Below, one piece after another: positions 1 to 13,709 of a stretch of 64,000 nt of DNA (within the stretch, counting starts at the first letter, position 1; every line of letters starts with the position of its first letter). The position numbers and the translations under genes were made by a program. The DNA is taken from NCBI GenBank assembly GCA_964234715.1, contig OZ174290.1. One strand, 5' to 3'. The DNA comes from Podarcis melisellensis (Eukaryota). Under the pieces are notes generated by a model. It ran no database searches, was not told where the DNA came from, and was given only the letters and a program-made list of their open reading frames with translations.

Positions 1-1619
1 GAAAAAACATCCCTAGCCTACTGGGGCCTGGAAGTGGAGGGACAGAGAGCTCTTTTGCTATGCTATGCTGGATGTGAAGGAGGGAGCCCCTATATAGCCT
101 ACTTGGCTTCTATCCTGTGTACAGAGCAGGGGCAGTCCATATCTCCTCTAACAGTCCTCTCCCTCTCCTGCATGCAATTTCCATTCACCTATGGCAACCA
201 GAGTAGTGCTTAAATACAGTGCTGGTGATGCGTTGCATCAGAACTTTAATGCTCAAGGCTTGTAGGCAGGCAGAGGTTGAAGGAATTTCACTCGAAGAAT
301 GTGGAAGAAGCAGAGCACTTAAACCGAGTGTGCTTTAAGCCACCAATGACCAAAACCCCACAATCTGTAATGGCTGACTCTGCACTGGGAACAGCTTACT
401 TCAATATACAGTACTTATCAAAAGAGATGAGATGCTTACGTGGGATTAAATAATAATAACAGTAATAATAAAGATGTGACCTCCTTCAGTTGGTGGCCTC
501 TAACATTATCCCATATATGGAGAAGCCTGGAAGAAATTCACAGCCAATAAAACTTGGAAGTGGCTGCTTCTCCCTGTTCAAAAATAGAAATATGAGCTAG
601 AGTCGACAGCCTCAAAAGATACATCAGAGTTATCGGATTAAGCATGAGAAAGTGCTTGTTGTTGCATTTCTGTCTTGTAAATGAGCTTGCAATGCAGCCC
701 CTCTTGCTGTGTGAGAGCGCTTTAAAATATTTGCGCTATTAATCTCTGAAGTTAGTCGCTGTTAAATGTCGCAGGGCTTTTTTTTGCTAAAAATTTGTGT
801 GGAAAGCAAATTGTCCTCAAGCAGCCTCCTGTGAATTTTGTATATGTCTCTAAGGTGAATAAATTACTAGCTAAAACTCTTAGAATTATATCTTTTTAAA
901 ACTTATTCAAGGAACATATTGTGATTTTTGCAGGGATGGATGTTGTGCTGGACGCCTTCAGTTGCTATAATATATCAGTCAGCCTCCAACCCACTCCAAC
1001 CAATGACAAGGTTCTCCTTTGTTTACTGCATAAGCCGTGTTGTGTCACATTCTGTATAGGTGATGTTATCGGCTTGGATGCTTCTGTTTAGTAACAAGTT
1101 GGTCATATTTCTTATTGTTTGTAGCCATTGGATATTACAACATCAACTTCCCCTCTCCCAACAAAGTGACGTGCAAATATACAGAGCAATATTTGTAAGC
1201 CTGTGGATGAGTTCTTAGGTCATGGCTTTGGCTGTAGCATTTCTCAGCTTCTTGCATCTATATTGTGAGGCGTGGTGAAATGGATCTGTTTTGGCCTTGA
1301 GCATCATGTATTCCTAAACTAACTCTCTCCTCTTCTTTTCCCTCCCCATCTCCTTCACCACAATGTCATAATGTAATGCTTTAACTATTTCACAGCAATT
1401 GCTGGACTTCATCTTAAATATCATATTGGTTCTAAGGACATGTAAGGGTAATTTAGGGATCAGTGCATGCTCACAGGGACTGTCCTTACTATTCCAGTAG
1501 AGAAATCAAATCTGATGGTGCAAAGGAATTGAGGATGTGGGTCTTGCTCCACTGGAATGAATGGAGAAGCCATTGCTGGCAAAGGAATTCTGTTTTTGTG
1601 TCAAGCTGCTATGCCCCAA

Positions 1620-1744
1620 ATTGCGTAGCTGCCAACTGCCCACATTCAGCGGCCCGTGTCATCCTACAGTCCCCTGTTGTGCCCTACAGCCCCCCGCCCG
1701 CTGCAGCCCCCCTGCCCCTGCCCCTGCCCCTAGCTACACTACTG
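1620..1744. mobile_element. Degenerate non-autonomous DNA transposon fragment (CAGTGGCGTAGCTAGGGG-type end) with a C-rich tract
   Basis: The right end reverse-complements to CAGTAGTGTAGCTAGGGGCAGGGG. A partial matching GCGTAGCT lies at ~1623. Internal (CCCCTG)n. Confidence 0.35.
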
Positions 1745-2930
1745 GATGTAGGTTATTTAATTTTAGTTTATAGATGAAATCTGAGAGGTCTTGATTCCCC
1801 AAAGCTGCCTAATATGGCAGAGCCCCAAGTATTTGCAATTTGAATTTCTTGGATCTAAATCTTATACATTAATTAGGAGACATAATTGGAACTACCCATT
1901 AGGTAGGACTGAGGCAGAAATTGCTAATAAACAACTCTTCATTTGTGTCTGTGTTTTGCAAGGGATTGTAGTTTCTCCTTTCTTAAATGTCTTCTATTCA
2001 TTTGACCTTCTCCTAATGTCTGCTGGAGGCATGCAGACTGTCAGCCTAGTTTTATTCTTAGCATTGCTCCCTATCATCCAAGTGTCTTGTCAATGTTTCC
2101 CTTGCAGTTGTATAGCTATAATGTCTTTGGCTCCGTGACTGTATTTGCGTAAGCATTATGGACAGATTAAGTGAGCTCACCTGGTCCAGATTTTCAGAGG
2201 AACCACAAATATTTTTGTAGTTTTCCTGAAGTGCAAAGTGATGTCAGGTGCTGTTTCTTGGTAGACATTGCAGACAGGCTGGGGCCACTGTCATGTCATG
2301 TGAGCTGCATTAAACACTTGTCTGGCGGCGTTGCTTCCAGCAAGCATTTATTTGCAAAGTGCACTGCTGAAAAATTGACAACAAGCTTGATGAATCTAGT
2401 TGGTTGGAAAGCACTGTGTTAATGAGTGAGATAAATGGCTTTTCCCATTGAACTGTGTTGAAAGAGACTAGTTGGCCAATTCTGCCTCCTATTTAAGAGA
2501 ACCTATACTTTTCTCTTTCACTAAGATCTGTAGGCAGCGCTGCTGTTCATATTGAGGGATGAATCATTGCTCTGTGGAAGATCACATCCTTTTCTTGAAG
2601 AAAGCCACCAGGTTTAGTCCATGAATTCTCCAGGCAGGGTGTAAAAACCCCCTGTTTAGAACTCTGCTCCCATGTTCAGTTCTTCCCATTAATACAGAAG
2701 CTGTGCAGGATAGTTCCATAATGCTGTTGACCATGATGACCCCTTGCTCAAGATGACTGCACTCCTTTAAGTGTGGTGCAAATGCAGCGAGGGTCATCTG
2801 AATCTGAAACTGTATCACTCTGAAGGTTTGCTGTTTGGTTAGCTTGTCCTATGTTTTCAGGAAAAACCAGCTTGTCATAAACTAGGAAATACCTTGATTG
2901 GAGTGTGTTGGAGGTCATATCTGTTAAGTA

Positions 2931-3169
2931 CAGTCATTCCTTGGGTTACAGACACTTCGGGTTGCGCACCACGTCGAACCTGGAAGTACCGGAACAGTTA
3001 CTTCCGGGTTTTGGCGCTTGCGCATGTGGAGAAGCGCTAAATCGCACTTTGCGCATGCGCAGAAGTGCCGAATCGCGATTCACGCATGTGCAGTCGTGCG
3101 GGTTGCGAACATTGCGGGTTGCGAACGTGCCTCCCGCACGGATCACATTAGAAACCCGAGCGTCCACTG
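2931..3169. mobile_element. Tc1/mariner (Tigger/pogo-like) MITE, GC-rich subfamily B
   Basis: TA at 2929-2930 and 3170-3171. Imperfect TIRs CAGTCATTCCTTGGGTT and rc CAGTGGACGCTCGGGTT. Internal sequence is homologous, inverted, to 28811-29012. Confidence 0.8.
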
Positions 3170-6100
3170 TATGTCATTGCTACTGTGGATGTGGGCAGAG
3201 ATGGACTGCAAATCTTCAACAGAAAAACTATATAGCTATAGTTGCCCTATGGAATACAGAAACTGCCATGGATATTTGGGGGCAGTTTCTGATGAGGGCT
3301 AGTCTATGAACTTTTGGTTTCCTCATGTCCAATGCAGAAAAACTGGAGCAGGAAAGGTGGTAGTGTGGATCTCTTTAGGCAACAGCAACATTCCCTACTC
3401 TGAGTTACTCCTGGCGGAAGGCAAGCACTGTTGTAAGTCCTTAGCATTGTGAGTGAGTGTAGGCATAACCTGCAGAAGACTGCAATCTCGGGCCCCAGGG
3501 ATATGGTTGGGGTTTCTGGAAGTTTTATTACTATTGTTACTTGGTATGTTTTAATCTCTCTAGTTGGCTTTCTGTTCTCCTAGTTTGAATCCCAGCTGTT
3601 CTTCCCCATACTATGAAACATAATTCTCAACTAAAGGAAGAAAATAAATCCATAAAAATTCTAGTGCATCCAAAATCGTTTGCAAAATAAGCAAATGCAT
3701 GCATCTTTTACCTTCATCACATAACTTTGGTTATGGCAAGTGGGCTTTCTATCTTCAAAATCTTTTTTTCCCCAAGTTCATAGCTCCCCCCTCCATTCAG
3801 AATGGTGTATTCTTTTTGTTTCTGAGGTGGAAGTAAAGTAATACAGTACAAGCTGTTTCTGAGCGAAATGCAGGCACTCTTCCTTTTTTTGATATGTCAG
3901 CACATCTTTGAAATGTTCAGTGTTTATGCCCATGTTTTTCCCCCTGATCTTAATTAAAAGAGAAAAGACCTGGGGTGTGGTGTGGCGGGGAGAAAGGAAA
4001 GTCTTCAAAATAAATTTGTAGTGCCGTTTAATATTGATATACTGCACCAGTGTCATTCTGTATAATTATCACATTTTTGAGAACTGTCTAATTAGGATTC
4101 TTGGGGGTTACAAAGTTAAGTAGAAAGCTTATCCACAAACATCAGAGCTGTTAATGTTTGGTTGAATGTCAGCTTGTCAGGCTGCCAGCTTGCTTGGGGA
4201 ACAGTTAGGTTAGAACTGCTTGTGGAGTCGGCCTGCTTGCTTAAGTGGGGTGGGGAGGACACCAGGAGACCAGCTTAGAGCTCCCTGTTGCAGGAAACCC
4301 TCTTAATGGAGCCAGAAAATCTAGGTCACTTTAGCAGCAACTTTAATTCTGTAGGCAGATTAATTTTTATTTGTGCCACCCTAGTTTTAAAGCATGCTGT
4401 GCAGAACCCAGGAAAATGGTGTATGGATCCTTAGTACATATTAGTCAGTGGGGGAGCCTAGAATTAAATTGATGGGTGGGGGAGTTTTGATTGTAGTTTA
4501 GTAGTGAAAATTCAGCTCACTGCTAATATGACCACCTGCTGGGAAAGAAGGCAGCATTGATTTTAACTCTATAGCTTCCACCAAAAAACCTCTCCATCTT
4601 CAGCTGCAATAAGCAATTAGTGGCTTGTAACAGATCTGGAACATTTGGGATGGGAGAGGAACCAGGAGACTTTAGGGAAGTTTGCTTTTCGAGCCTGGTT
4701 GGCATATTGCCATAAAGCAGACAGCAGTAAGGTGCGAAGGTTAAGGGTAACAGGACTGTCATCAAGCAGTGTCTTGCTGGTGGGCCATCTAACCCAGTGC
4801 TGCCTGTCCTAATTGGCAGCATAGCATATATCAAGCCCATCTTTATAGGGCCTCAGGCAGAGATCTTCCCAATCTGCCTTAATTGGGGATGCTAGTTAGA
4901 AAGTGCCCTGCAGTGAGCCAGGCAAACTGCATTTTGTCTCATACAAAGGCTCTACCTATCCCAGCTCTGCTGCTTGAGATCTTCAGCTGGAAATTGATTT
5001 AGTTGTGAGGGAGGAGCAAGGGAGGTTTCCTCTACAGTGCACAAAGGTGTTGGCTGTTCAATGGGAAGGTGAACCAGTCAGACTGGTAGTGACATTGTAG
5101 GGAGAGAGCAATGCCATCCAGCCTGATGGAGGATAAAGGCGGGACTTTGAGACACCTCAGGTACAGGGTTCCAGCCACTGAGAAAGGGAAACAGGAGCAG
5201 CCGACCTAATATGCAGGAAAGGAAATGGGAACAGTAGGAGCAGAGCGTGTGTGAAATCAGTGAGAGAAGGAGGGTGAAAGAGAGTGGCCTGCATGAAAGA
5301 AAAAGCGAAGAAGATAGACCGGATGGACTGGATAGGAGTACAGGAAGGGAGCATGAAAATGTGAGTGAGCTTGAAACAGAGGAGAAGAAATGAGCAGAGA
5401 GCCAGGTTGTAAACAGACAAAACACAAGCAAAGGTAAACAGTGATTGGAGCAAGATACTGATTGAAGCAGAAATAAGGGGAAAGGGCGTCACCTGTGATG
5501 AATTAAGAGAGGAAACAGATAAGAAAGGAAAGGTGATCGTAAGGTCTGGAGGCAGCATACTCCAGCATCAGGAATATAAACAAACAAACATAAGAGCGTG
5601 CCAGCTGATGAGAAGAACATGAAGCCTGAAAAGCGGGGTGGGCGGGCTCTGCAGATGGTTCTGTGCATAACAGACGTGCTGGAACTCTGAAGGCACTGGG
5701 GACTCTAAGGAAGTGAAGCAGGAAGCTTCACAGTGGCCTCTTACTTTTCAAGGAAGCATTCTGTCACTGGTGCCTGTTCCCTCCTTTGCATTTTTTATTT
5801 GCCAAGGTATTCCGCAACTCGCTTGCAGATCCTGTTTTCCCACCCTAGGCTAGGTTGACTGCCTGCTGCAAAAATATAGGAATATAACAATGTCTTTTCT
5901 CTCCCTCCCCCTTCTTTCCCCATATGTCACCACATGGGTTCCTCCACTGCCACTATTGGAAATATTTCAACCTAAGCTTGCACTAGTAGTTTCCTTACCT
6001 GTTCAGATAAAGCAAGAGAGTCTTGTGGCACCTCAGGTCCCTGAAGCTTGTGGCATAATAACTTCAAAAGCTTTGTTTTTGCTGCAACAGCCTAACACGG

Positions 6101-7109
6101 CTATCCCTCTGGAAACTGTCCACATAAATGATTTTTTAAAAATTACTGTCCTGAACTAAGTGGTAGCTAAAGTTTTGATTGGCTCCCTGGCTGCTGAATT
6201 GGCTCATTCAGGCCCATTCCGTCCACCATTCACCTTCCTCCCCCCCCCTTTTTTCTTCTTGGCTCTTGAAGAGAACGAAATGTGGAAGAAACATCACTCA
6301 TTTTAAGTAGTTTTGACTGCCAGGTTAATGCGACACCTAAGCTGGGCCCCATGAGCTCTGTCCATAGTAATCACTTTAGGTTGATTTAAAGTTCTTAAAT
6401 ATCTTGAATTGCTTCACATAATCTTTTAAAACAGAATGTACAAATTTAATGTAGCATTCTTTAAACCCTGTAGCTGCCAGATGGCATATTTTGCAGATTG
6501 TCAAGAGCAAGTGATAGAATAATGCTGACAATGGGTGGGAAGAGTTGTAGATAAATATTGGATAGGATGACATGGTTGGATATAAAAGATGCTTTGGGGC
6601 ATTATATTTTGGAGTATGTTTTTAATGTGACATCTTAACAATGGATGTATGTGTGCAATTTTTACCAGTGGTTTTTTTTTTTTAAATGCATCTAGTGTGT
6701 ATTGTGCAGATTATGGATTCTTGTGTCTCCAGGAGGAGGCTTGGAATTGGATGTGAGGCTTCTGTGCTTTCAGTGGACTGTAGAAAAGGGAGAACTGAAA
6801 GATATGACTTCTTTTCCTTAATAGTATTGGATTGGTAGGAGAAGCAGTCTCTTCTAAAATCCTCCTTCCTGCAGTTGTTAATACTATTAGGAGGTTTGCA
6901 CAGGATCTGATGGGAAGGCCCTGAAACACATTCATTTTCTGAGATTAGTTGATGATTTAGTTTGAATCTGTTTCAAAGCTGTACTGGAGTTCAGGACTGC
7001 TAAAACTGTTAAAATAGTTTACAGTTATTTCACAAGTGGCTGCTGCACTGCAGTAGAACAGGATGGACCTGAGTATAGCACCAAACAGGTTAGACTTGAC
7101 AAGCAAGCC

Positions 7110-7336
7110 TGGACTTGCCTGATGTATATGGAGACAACCCCATCAGGTCTGCTTGTGGGCTACATGGAGGCATCTGGTTGCCACTGAGAACAGAATACAG
7201 GACTTGATCAGCCTTTGGCCTGATCCTGCAGGGCTATTCTTTTTTTACCTTTATTTTTAAAAATAAATTTGTTTCTTTTGTGACAGAAGCAAAGCAATGT
7301 ATCACATCCTAAACAAGCACAGCTCTTATGTTCTTA
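7110..7336 (+). mobile_element. CR1 LINE 3' UTR fragment
   Basis: GGCATCTGGTTGCCACTGAGAACAG...GCCTTTGGCCTGATCC...CTCTTATGTTCTTA resembles a squamate CR1 3' end. Homologous to 10230-10363 and, inverted, to 13130-13310 and 54826-55105. Confidence 0.6.
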
Positions 7337-9938
7337 AAGTCCTTTGTACAGCTGCCACATAGAGGTGATGCTGGACCACAGAAAGATGAATCCCTTTGAC
7401 TTTGTGCAATGAGACAGTGTTGATAATTGAAAGCGGCTTCATTGCTGGGGACAGAGCTGACAAATTCTTGCCGGCAACTCATTTACTGTTGCAGAGAAAT
7501 ATGGTTTGAGCATAATAAAATGGAGGACTTATTGCTGAACCAATGATGCAGCTTTTAAATCACCCCAGGAGAGTTCTGAATGCACAAATGCATAATGAAT
7601 CTCCCATTCGTGTTCCTTCTTGTGTAAATGGAATCTTATTAAGTTTAAACCTGTTAATGCAATGAGAAATGTGTGTGCTACTAACAGCCTTGTAGTGGGG
7701 GCAGTTAAACAAGTTTTCTTCCCCTTGCTTACTAGGTACACAACCTTTTGCTTTAAGCTGGTGTTGCAAAAATATTGCCCTGACAGTTCTTCCCTTGGAT
7801 GGAGGTCCCAACCCCCAGAGGAAGGGAGCCAGACACATAAGGAGGATGCAATAATACAGATTTATTTTAGCTCTAAAGGTCAGGATTCTTGTGGTTCATG
7901 CCAAAACCAGAATCTGACCAAGACCCTATCCAAACATGCAGAGTTTTATACACTTCTGGTGCAAGAACTTCCCTAAAAGTACAGGCAGCTTGTCATATAC
8001 CCAACACTGGTTACAGGGAAAGGCTTGCAGGTATATCTGATCGATGGTTTGTATTTGACATGGATGGAACTTGTTCAATTCCTCCTATGTGGAGTTGATA
8101 TAATGTTTTTGTGGTTATTTGATGTTGTATTACTATATGCAAGGGGAAAAAAGTGCTGGAGCTAAAATAGAGGGAGGTGTGTGTGTGTGGGGGGGGAGCT
8201 AAACCACAATTTAAGCAGACTTCTGAAGGCTTCCTGTCCCCCAAGTCTTAAAAGGGTAAAATGAATGTTCCTTCTTAACTTTGCAATTTAGCGTAAAACC
8301 AGACTACAAATAAAAAAGAAGTGTTCTGATGGGGTGGAATTTATTGAGGGAGATTGGCTGAAGGAAGGATACATGTGAAAGTGTTTCTCACACCGTTGTG
8401 TTTCAGGTGTCAAATTAAGTCCGTCTTTGCACTGCCCTTGCAGAGGCATATCAAGGGTGAAACTGAGATGTTAAGAAAATTTTAGAATTTTAGAAATGGT
8501 GCTACTTTTCCTCTTAGGCACTCTAATTCCAAAGGAAAGGGCAGTGTCTTTGGCGCACCCAGCAGTTTTATCAGTAAGGAGTTGTAGCAACACCTGTATT
8601 CTGTACTGTGGACTCCTTAAACTAGAGTGGCCATTGATGTCATCCTGCACCAACTGATTTTCAAAGCTTTATTTTGTAGATTATCTGTATTAACTTATTA
8701 GAATACAGCAAAGTAGTTCAGGCTAACTTATATTTGAAGGTATTTGATGAAAGATGCAGTTTCATGTAGGCAAAAGTATCTGTTTTGGGAAACCAACAAA
8801 AAGAACTAACAGGTGGATAAAAATGTTTACAGCTATGATGAAAAAAAACACTGGGGGGCTGCTACTGCTAAAATCCACTTTCTAGTCTATGATTATTCAT
8901 TGTAATCACCTGTGCCATAAGACACTCCTTTATTTGTATATCTGTTAATTGATCTTGTTCTGTACTTAAAGGATTTCCCATAGTGAAGTTATTTGTCGTC
9001 ACCTTCACATGGCAGCTTTAAAAGGGGTTGGTTGCTAATACAAAAGTATTTAAATTGAACCTGAAGGCAAGAAGCATTGGCCCTTTTATCTTCAGGGAGT
9101 AGTTATTGAGGCCTACCTAGACTTGCAAGCCAGCCCAGCACCCATGCTTCTTCAAAATCTCTCTCTATTCATTAATTAACACCACAGCAGTGGCTGATGA
9201 ACAATGTGGCACTTCCTTTTCACTTTGGCTTATGGAAAACTATATCCTGAGGACAAAGGTGTGGCAAACAACTCTTCAGTAGCTGTTCTTGCATGACAAG
9301 ATCATCCACTTCTCCTGTTTTGCAAATGGGAACCTGAGGCTGAGGAGGGGACCTTGACCGAGGCCATCTGAATGAATCCACCCAGTTCTGTCTTTTTGCC
9401 AGCTTAATCAAATCTGAAAATGGCGTATTAGTGACACCCATCACTTTTCAAATATGTGCACTTTAAATTTACTTGAATTACAACGTGGGATTTAGAAAGA
9501 GCTGGGGAAGTGACTTGCTCCTATTTTTCAGAGGGAAAATGTGTTTGTGGAAGGCAAGCTTTAAGGTACAATGCATAAATTGCTGTTTGCTCAGTTTAGC
9601 ATAGTGATAAAAGTAGACCTTTCCGTATGTTTGATCTCGCAGGTCAGTGCACTTTTCAAGAACTGCTTGCATCAATGTCTTTGTGCCTTCCCACACACTG
9701 ATTTTAAGTATATTGAGGAATCTTTTCCATCTCATATCCTTGTGCTGTTCATGCTATAGGCTTAGCAGTTTGTTATCTCCACTCCATCCCACCTGCATTC
9801 ATGTGCTCCATTGTTTATATTAGCATGCAATGGAAACAGATTCATTGGCTGCTGAAGAACAGGATATGCATTTTGGAAATATATACAATATGGTGCTTAA
9901 TGTGGAGAGCTTGTAGCTGGATGTTGTAAGTGCTTGTG

Positions 9939-10205
9939 CAAGGCCAGCCCAAGGCATTTGGCTGCCAGAGGCTAAGATGGTGTCGCCTCCTACTTCCATT
10001 TGCAGAAACCAGCCAGGCTGGCTGTTGAATCTTTTTTTAACACAGGCAACAGGACAGCATTGTCCAACGCATCTGAGGACATTAGACTAGTTTGGTGGGC
10101 AGGTAATATTTCCTTGGCATATGCACATCAGTACCACTCTCCCTTCCCTAGAATCTTCCACCTGAGGCAGCCACTTCACTCTGCATAACAGTGGAGCTGA
10201 CCCTG
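9939..10205. mobile_element. Old hAT-type MITE (CAGGGCCGGCCC-type ends)
   Basis: Left CAAGGCCAGCCC vs rc of right CAGGGTCAGCTC (9/12). The flanking 8-mers TGCTTGTG and AGCTTATA match 5/8, consistent with a decayed 8-bp TSD. Confidence 0.5.
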
Positions 10206-10229
10206 AGCTTATAGTTGGTGAAACTGATA

Positions 10230-10363
10230 TCTCCAGAATCAGGTGCAGTATACCTCTGAATGCTAGTTGCTTGGGACTTGCTGTTGTGCTAATGTCCTGC
10301 TGGTACGCTTCAAATAGGCACCTGGTTGGTTTGATTTAGCATGGCTCCTCTTATGTTCTTATG
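10230..10363 (+). mobile_element. CR1 LINE 3' end fragment
   Basis: Ends in GGCTCCTCTTATGTTCTTATG, a CR1-type terminal repeat. Similar to 7110-7336. Confidence 0.6.
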
Positions 10364-13129
10364 ACAGTTCCATGGAACATGACACTGCTCAGTTTGACCC
10401 ATATTACTTACACTCTAGACGAAATAGCAGACTTCAGGGAGCATAAACGTTGACAAATTTGTATTCTGCATACTGGGAACAAAACTTCGTGAAACATCTT
10501 CAAAGCTTGCAATATTTAAATTTGTTACTCTGTAGAAATTGGGAATGGTAATCTTATAGTCAATTGCTAGCTGCACTATTGCTTTATTTAGCCACCCATT
10601 AATTTAGTCAGTTCAGATCTGGTCAAAACCCAGGGTCCTTACTTTCCACTTCCAAATGCTCTTGATATTTCTGTCAGCTTTTTAACTCCACCAACCCTTC
10701 TACAACACATGCTTTACAACCATATTATTTAGATTTACTCCATGAAACCCAGTACCATTCTAGGGGGTTATTCAAGTGGGGATCACAAATATATGACAAA
10801 CCCTTCCAAAATGTGGTTATTGATAATACGCAGACTGATCATTTCTGGAAACATTGATATGCTCTTTTTGAATTCATAACAAAGGGCTGTAGTTTGTTTG
10901 GCTTATAATGATTTCACTGTCTTGGAATGATGTCTAAATTTTCTCCAAAACTTTCAGTCACAACTGGAGAAAAGAAAAAAAGGAGTCTTGATACTCAAGA
11001 CGTATCGGTAAATTGGGCCCTGTGAAGTAACACATCCAGATGGATTACATAAGGAACTTGACATCTTATTTAAAAACAAATCATTCATTATGCAGTGATG
11101 AATAATCAAGCATTACAGTTTCATCTCTGGAGATCCCTTTTTTGGTTGGGATTTTGATAGTTCTGTAATTAAAAGCTGAAAGCTATTACACCGTCTACAT
11201 GCTGATCAATTGGTAATTAAAAAGTTGATGATAGATATGGCATTTCATGGGACTGCGTGGCTTATGAACAAATTTCCTTAGTCTCTTGAAATTTGCCATT
11301 TTAGTGTGTGTACAGTACTGGTGAGCTACTCGATTTGAATCTTATAAATACCATTGAATTATCAAAATTTGCATACTATAATTTGAGATGTTAATAGATC
11401 ACATTACTTCAGTGCAATCCAATTTGAAAGGTTAGGTTTCTTTCTTCCGGATATGTAAAATACCATCTTTTTGAATAGCTTTTAATTAGATTGGTCTGTC
11501 CTATCAGGATTTAGATCTTGTGGCTTGTTTAATTAGTAGGATTTTAATTCCAGGCCAAAGAAAACAGCAAATGAATGCTACTTTCAAAGTGGGCAAGGAG
11601 GTGAATGGAATTAAGCTTTTTTCTAAGGTTCCCAGCGGAATATCTTTGACAGGGGAGAAGTGAATGTTTGTCCCCTTCTTTACTTTGTAAGGCCATTTAA
11701 GCCTTCCCTCAAACCTTGCTTACTTTTTGCTTGCCAAAAACAAGGTCTTGAAGGGAATATGGGCAGTGGCTGGCTCAAGTGTTTTTCCATTAAAAAATGC
11801 TGGTTTTCAGGTCTAAGCTGCTATGTAATATTACTGGCAGTAGGGCAGATGGTGAAGCAAGGGGAGTTGTGCTGGTGGAAATGTGTAGCTATCCGTTTAA
11901 GAGCTGTACCAAAGAAACTTAGTAGTTGTAGTCTGCCCACAGGGTGGGATGAGCTTGTGGCTCTCTAGTAGTTGCTGCACTACAACTCCCATCTTCCCTG
12001 ATACTCCGCTTGGTATACACTTCCAGAAGGGCATGCTATTGAACTTCTTCTGCCTACATTGGTAGACCATGGAACTGTGATGCAGCTACCTGAGGAAGGC
12101 TGGGCAGCTCAAGCATGACACCTCATCTTGTATTCCATTTAGAGGGGTCCTATCAAATGCACTGCACATGGGTGAAAATTCAGTGTTGCGGCACCAGATC
12201 AAGTTCTCTTAACCAACCTTGACCTACTGAAATGTGATTGCATAGTCAACAGATGTGTGATCTGAAGCAAGAAGTGTATCTACTATGCTTAAAGGAATGA
12301 ATTCAGTGCTGTTACGAAAAAGGTAATGAATATCTAATCCTCAAGGCTTATTTTCAAAGTGTCTTGGTGTTTTTTTCTTCCACAGACTTAAATTCTATTT
12401 CTTCTCTCATTGGAATTAAAAGTACCCAATATTGATGGTCCACTGCTCTCTAAAGCAGATGCGTATAACTTTTTGTCTTGGTTGCATGATTGTTATTTTT
12501 ATAAGGGGAATTGCAATGAGGTATTTTCCTGGTTGTCTGCTTAATGTGCCACCAAGGACAGATGCTTGGAGCACACTCTGTGGCTCAGTGGGAGAATTCA
12601 GCAAACAGATGGATTTGAGGACAACAGAAGTCTTGATACCACATTCTTGAGTGGTTTGACCTGCTTTTTTGCCTCTTGGCTTCTGTTTCATAAGCATTTT
12701 GAAGAAGAATGAAAGGGAATAATAAAAGCATTTGTATCCTACTTTCTCCTTAAGGAGACAAGTGTGGCATATAATAAAAACAGTTAATAATAATAATAAA
12801 TATAAAACAAAAACAGATAATGCAAAGCTGCCAAAATATTTAGGAGGGCTCAAAAGCCTGATTATAAAACAAAGTTTTAAATACGCTGTTAGGCACGAGC
12901 AGTGAGGAACATCTAGAGATGGGGCTCTGCAGAAAATTAGACCAGAGTCTGGACAAAGGATGTTAATGTTATAGGGAAGTGCCGGTAGTTTGAAAAACTT
13001 TGTTGTTAAATGGGAACATGTTTGGAATTACGAAGTGCATCATCTTGGTGAATGTGCTAAGCTTCTCCTTGTCTATCATCTAGCGAGAGGTGTTAAGCTG
13101 GTTTTCATATGAGCATGCACAGAGAATCC

Positions 13130-13310
13130 TCTTCTCACAGTGTCCACCCAGATGCCCATGGGAAGCCAGCAAGCAGGACTTGAGCAAAGAACACTCTGCC
13201 TTGCTGTGGTTTTCAGCACCTGGTGTTCAGAAGCATACTGCCACTGACTGTGAAGACAGAACCTAGCCTCTGTCATGGCTAGCAGCCTTTGATAGCCTTC
13301 TCTCCTGTGA
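13130..13310 (-). mobile_element. CR1 LINE 3' UTR fragment
   Basis: CACAGTGTCCACCCAGATGCC...GCAGGACTTGAGC...TTCAGAAGCATACTGCC is the reverse complement of the motifs in the 7110 and 10230 fragments. Confidence 0.6.
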
Positions 13311-13361
13311 GGAGATGCTCTTTAGGCATCTTGGCCTCAAGAGATATGAGGCATATATGTA

Positions 13362-13602
13362 CAGTGGTACCTCGGGTTAAGTACTTAATTCATTCTGGAG
13401 GTCCATACTTAACCTGAAACTGTTCTTAACCTGAAGCACCACTTTAGCTAATGGGGCCTCCTGCTGCTGCTGCAGCGCCGCCGGAGCACAATTTCTGTTC
13501 TCATCCTGAAGCAAAGTTCTTAACCCGAGTTAACCTGGGTTAGCGGAGTCTGTAACATGAAGCGTATGTAACCTGAAGCATATGTAACGTGAGGTACCAC
13601 TG
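13362..13602 (+). mobile_element. Tc1/mariner (Tigger/pogo-like) MITE, subfamily A
   Basis: TA|CAGTGGTACCTCGGGTTA ... GAGGTACCACTG|TA. Closely similar to copies at 48991, 54223 and 59664, with a short internal deletion. Confidence 0.9.
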
Positions 13603-13635
13603 TATTACATTTGCATTCCACCTAAACAAATTCTG

Positions 13636-13667
<32 letters not shown>

Positions 13668-13670
13668 ATA

Positions 13671-13709
<39 letters not shown>
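13636..13709. repeat. Compound microsatellite (GT)n-(GC)n-(GT)n-(GA)n
   Basis: Directly visible. The alternating purine-pyrimidine run includes CGCGCGCG. Confidence 0.95.

Noticed and set aside
2905-3309. 134-aa ORF and overlapping ORFs
   Set aside because: They span a GC-rich MITE that is naturally poor in stops. No transposase motifs.
5600-5640. CTGATGA...GAAA as another hammerhead
   Set aside because: No pairable stem II between the boxes and no UH cleavage site.
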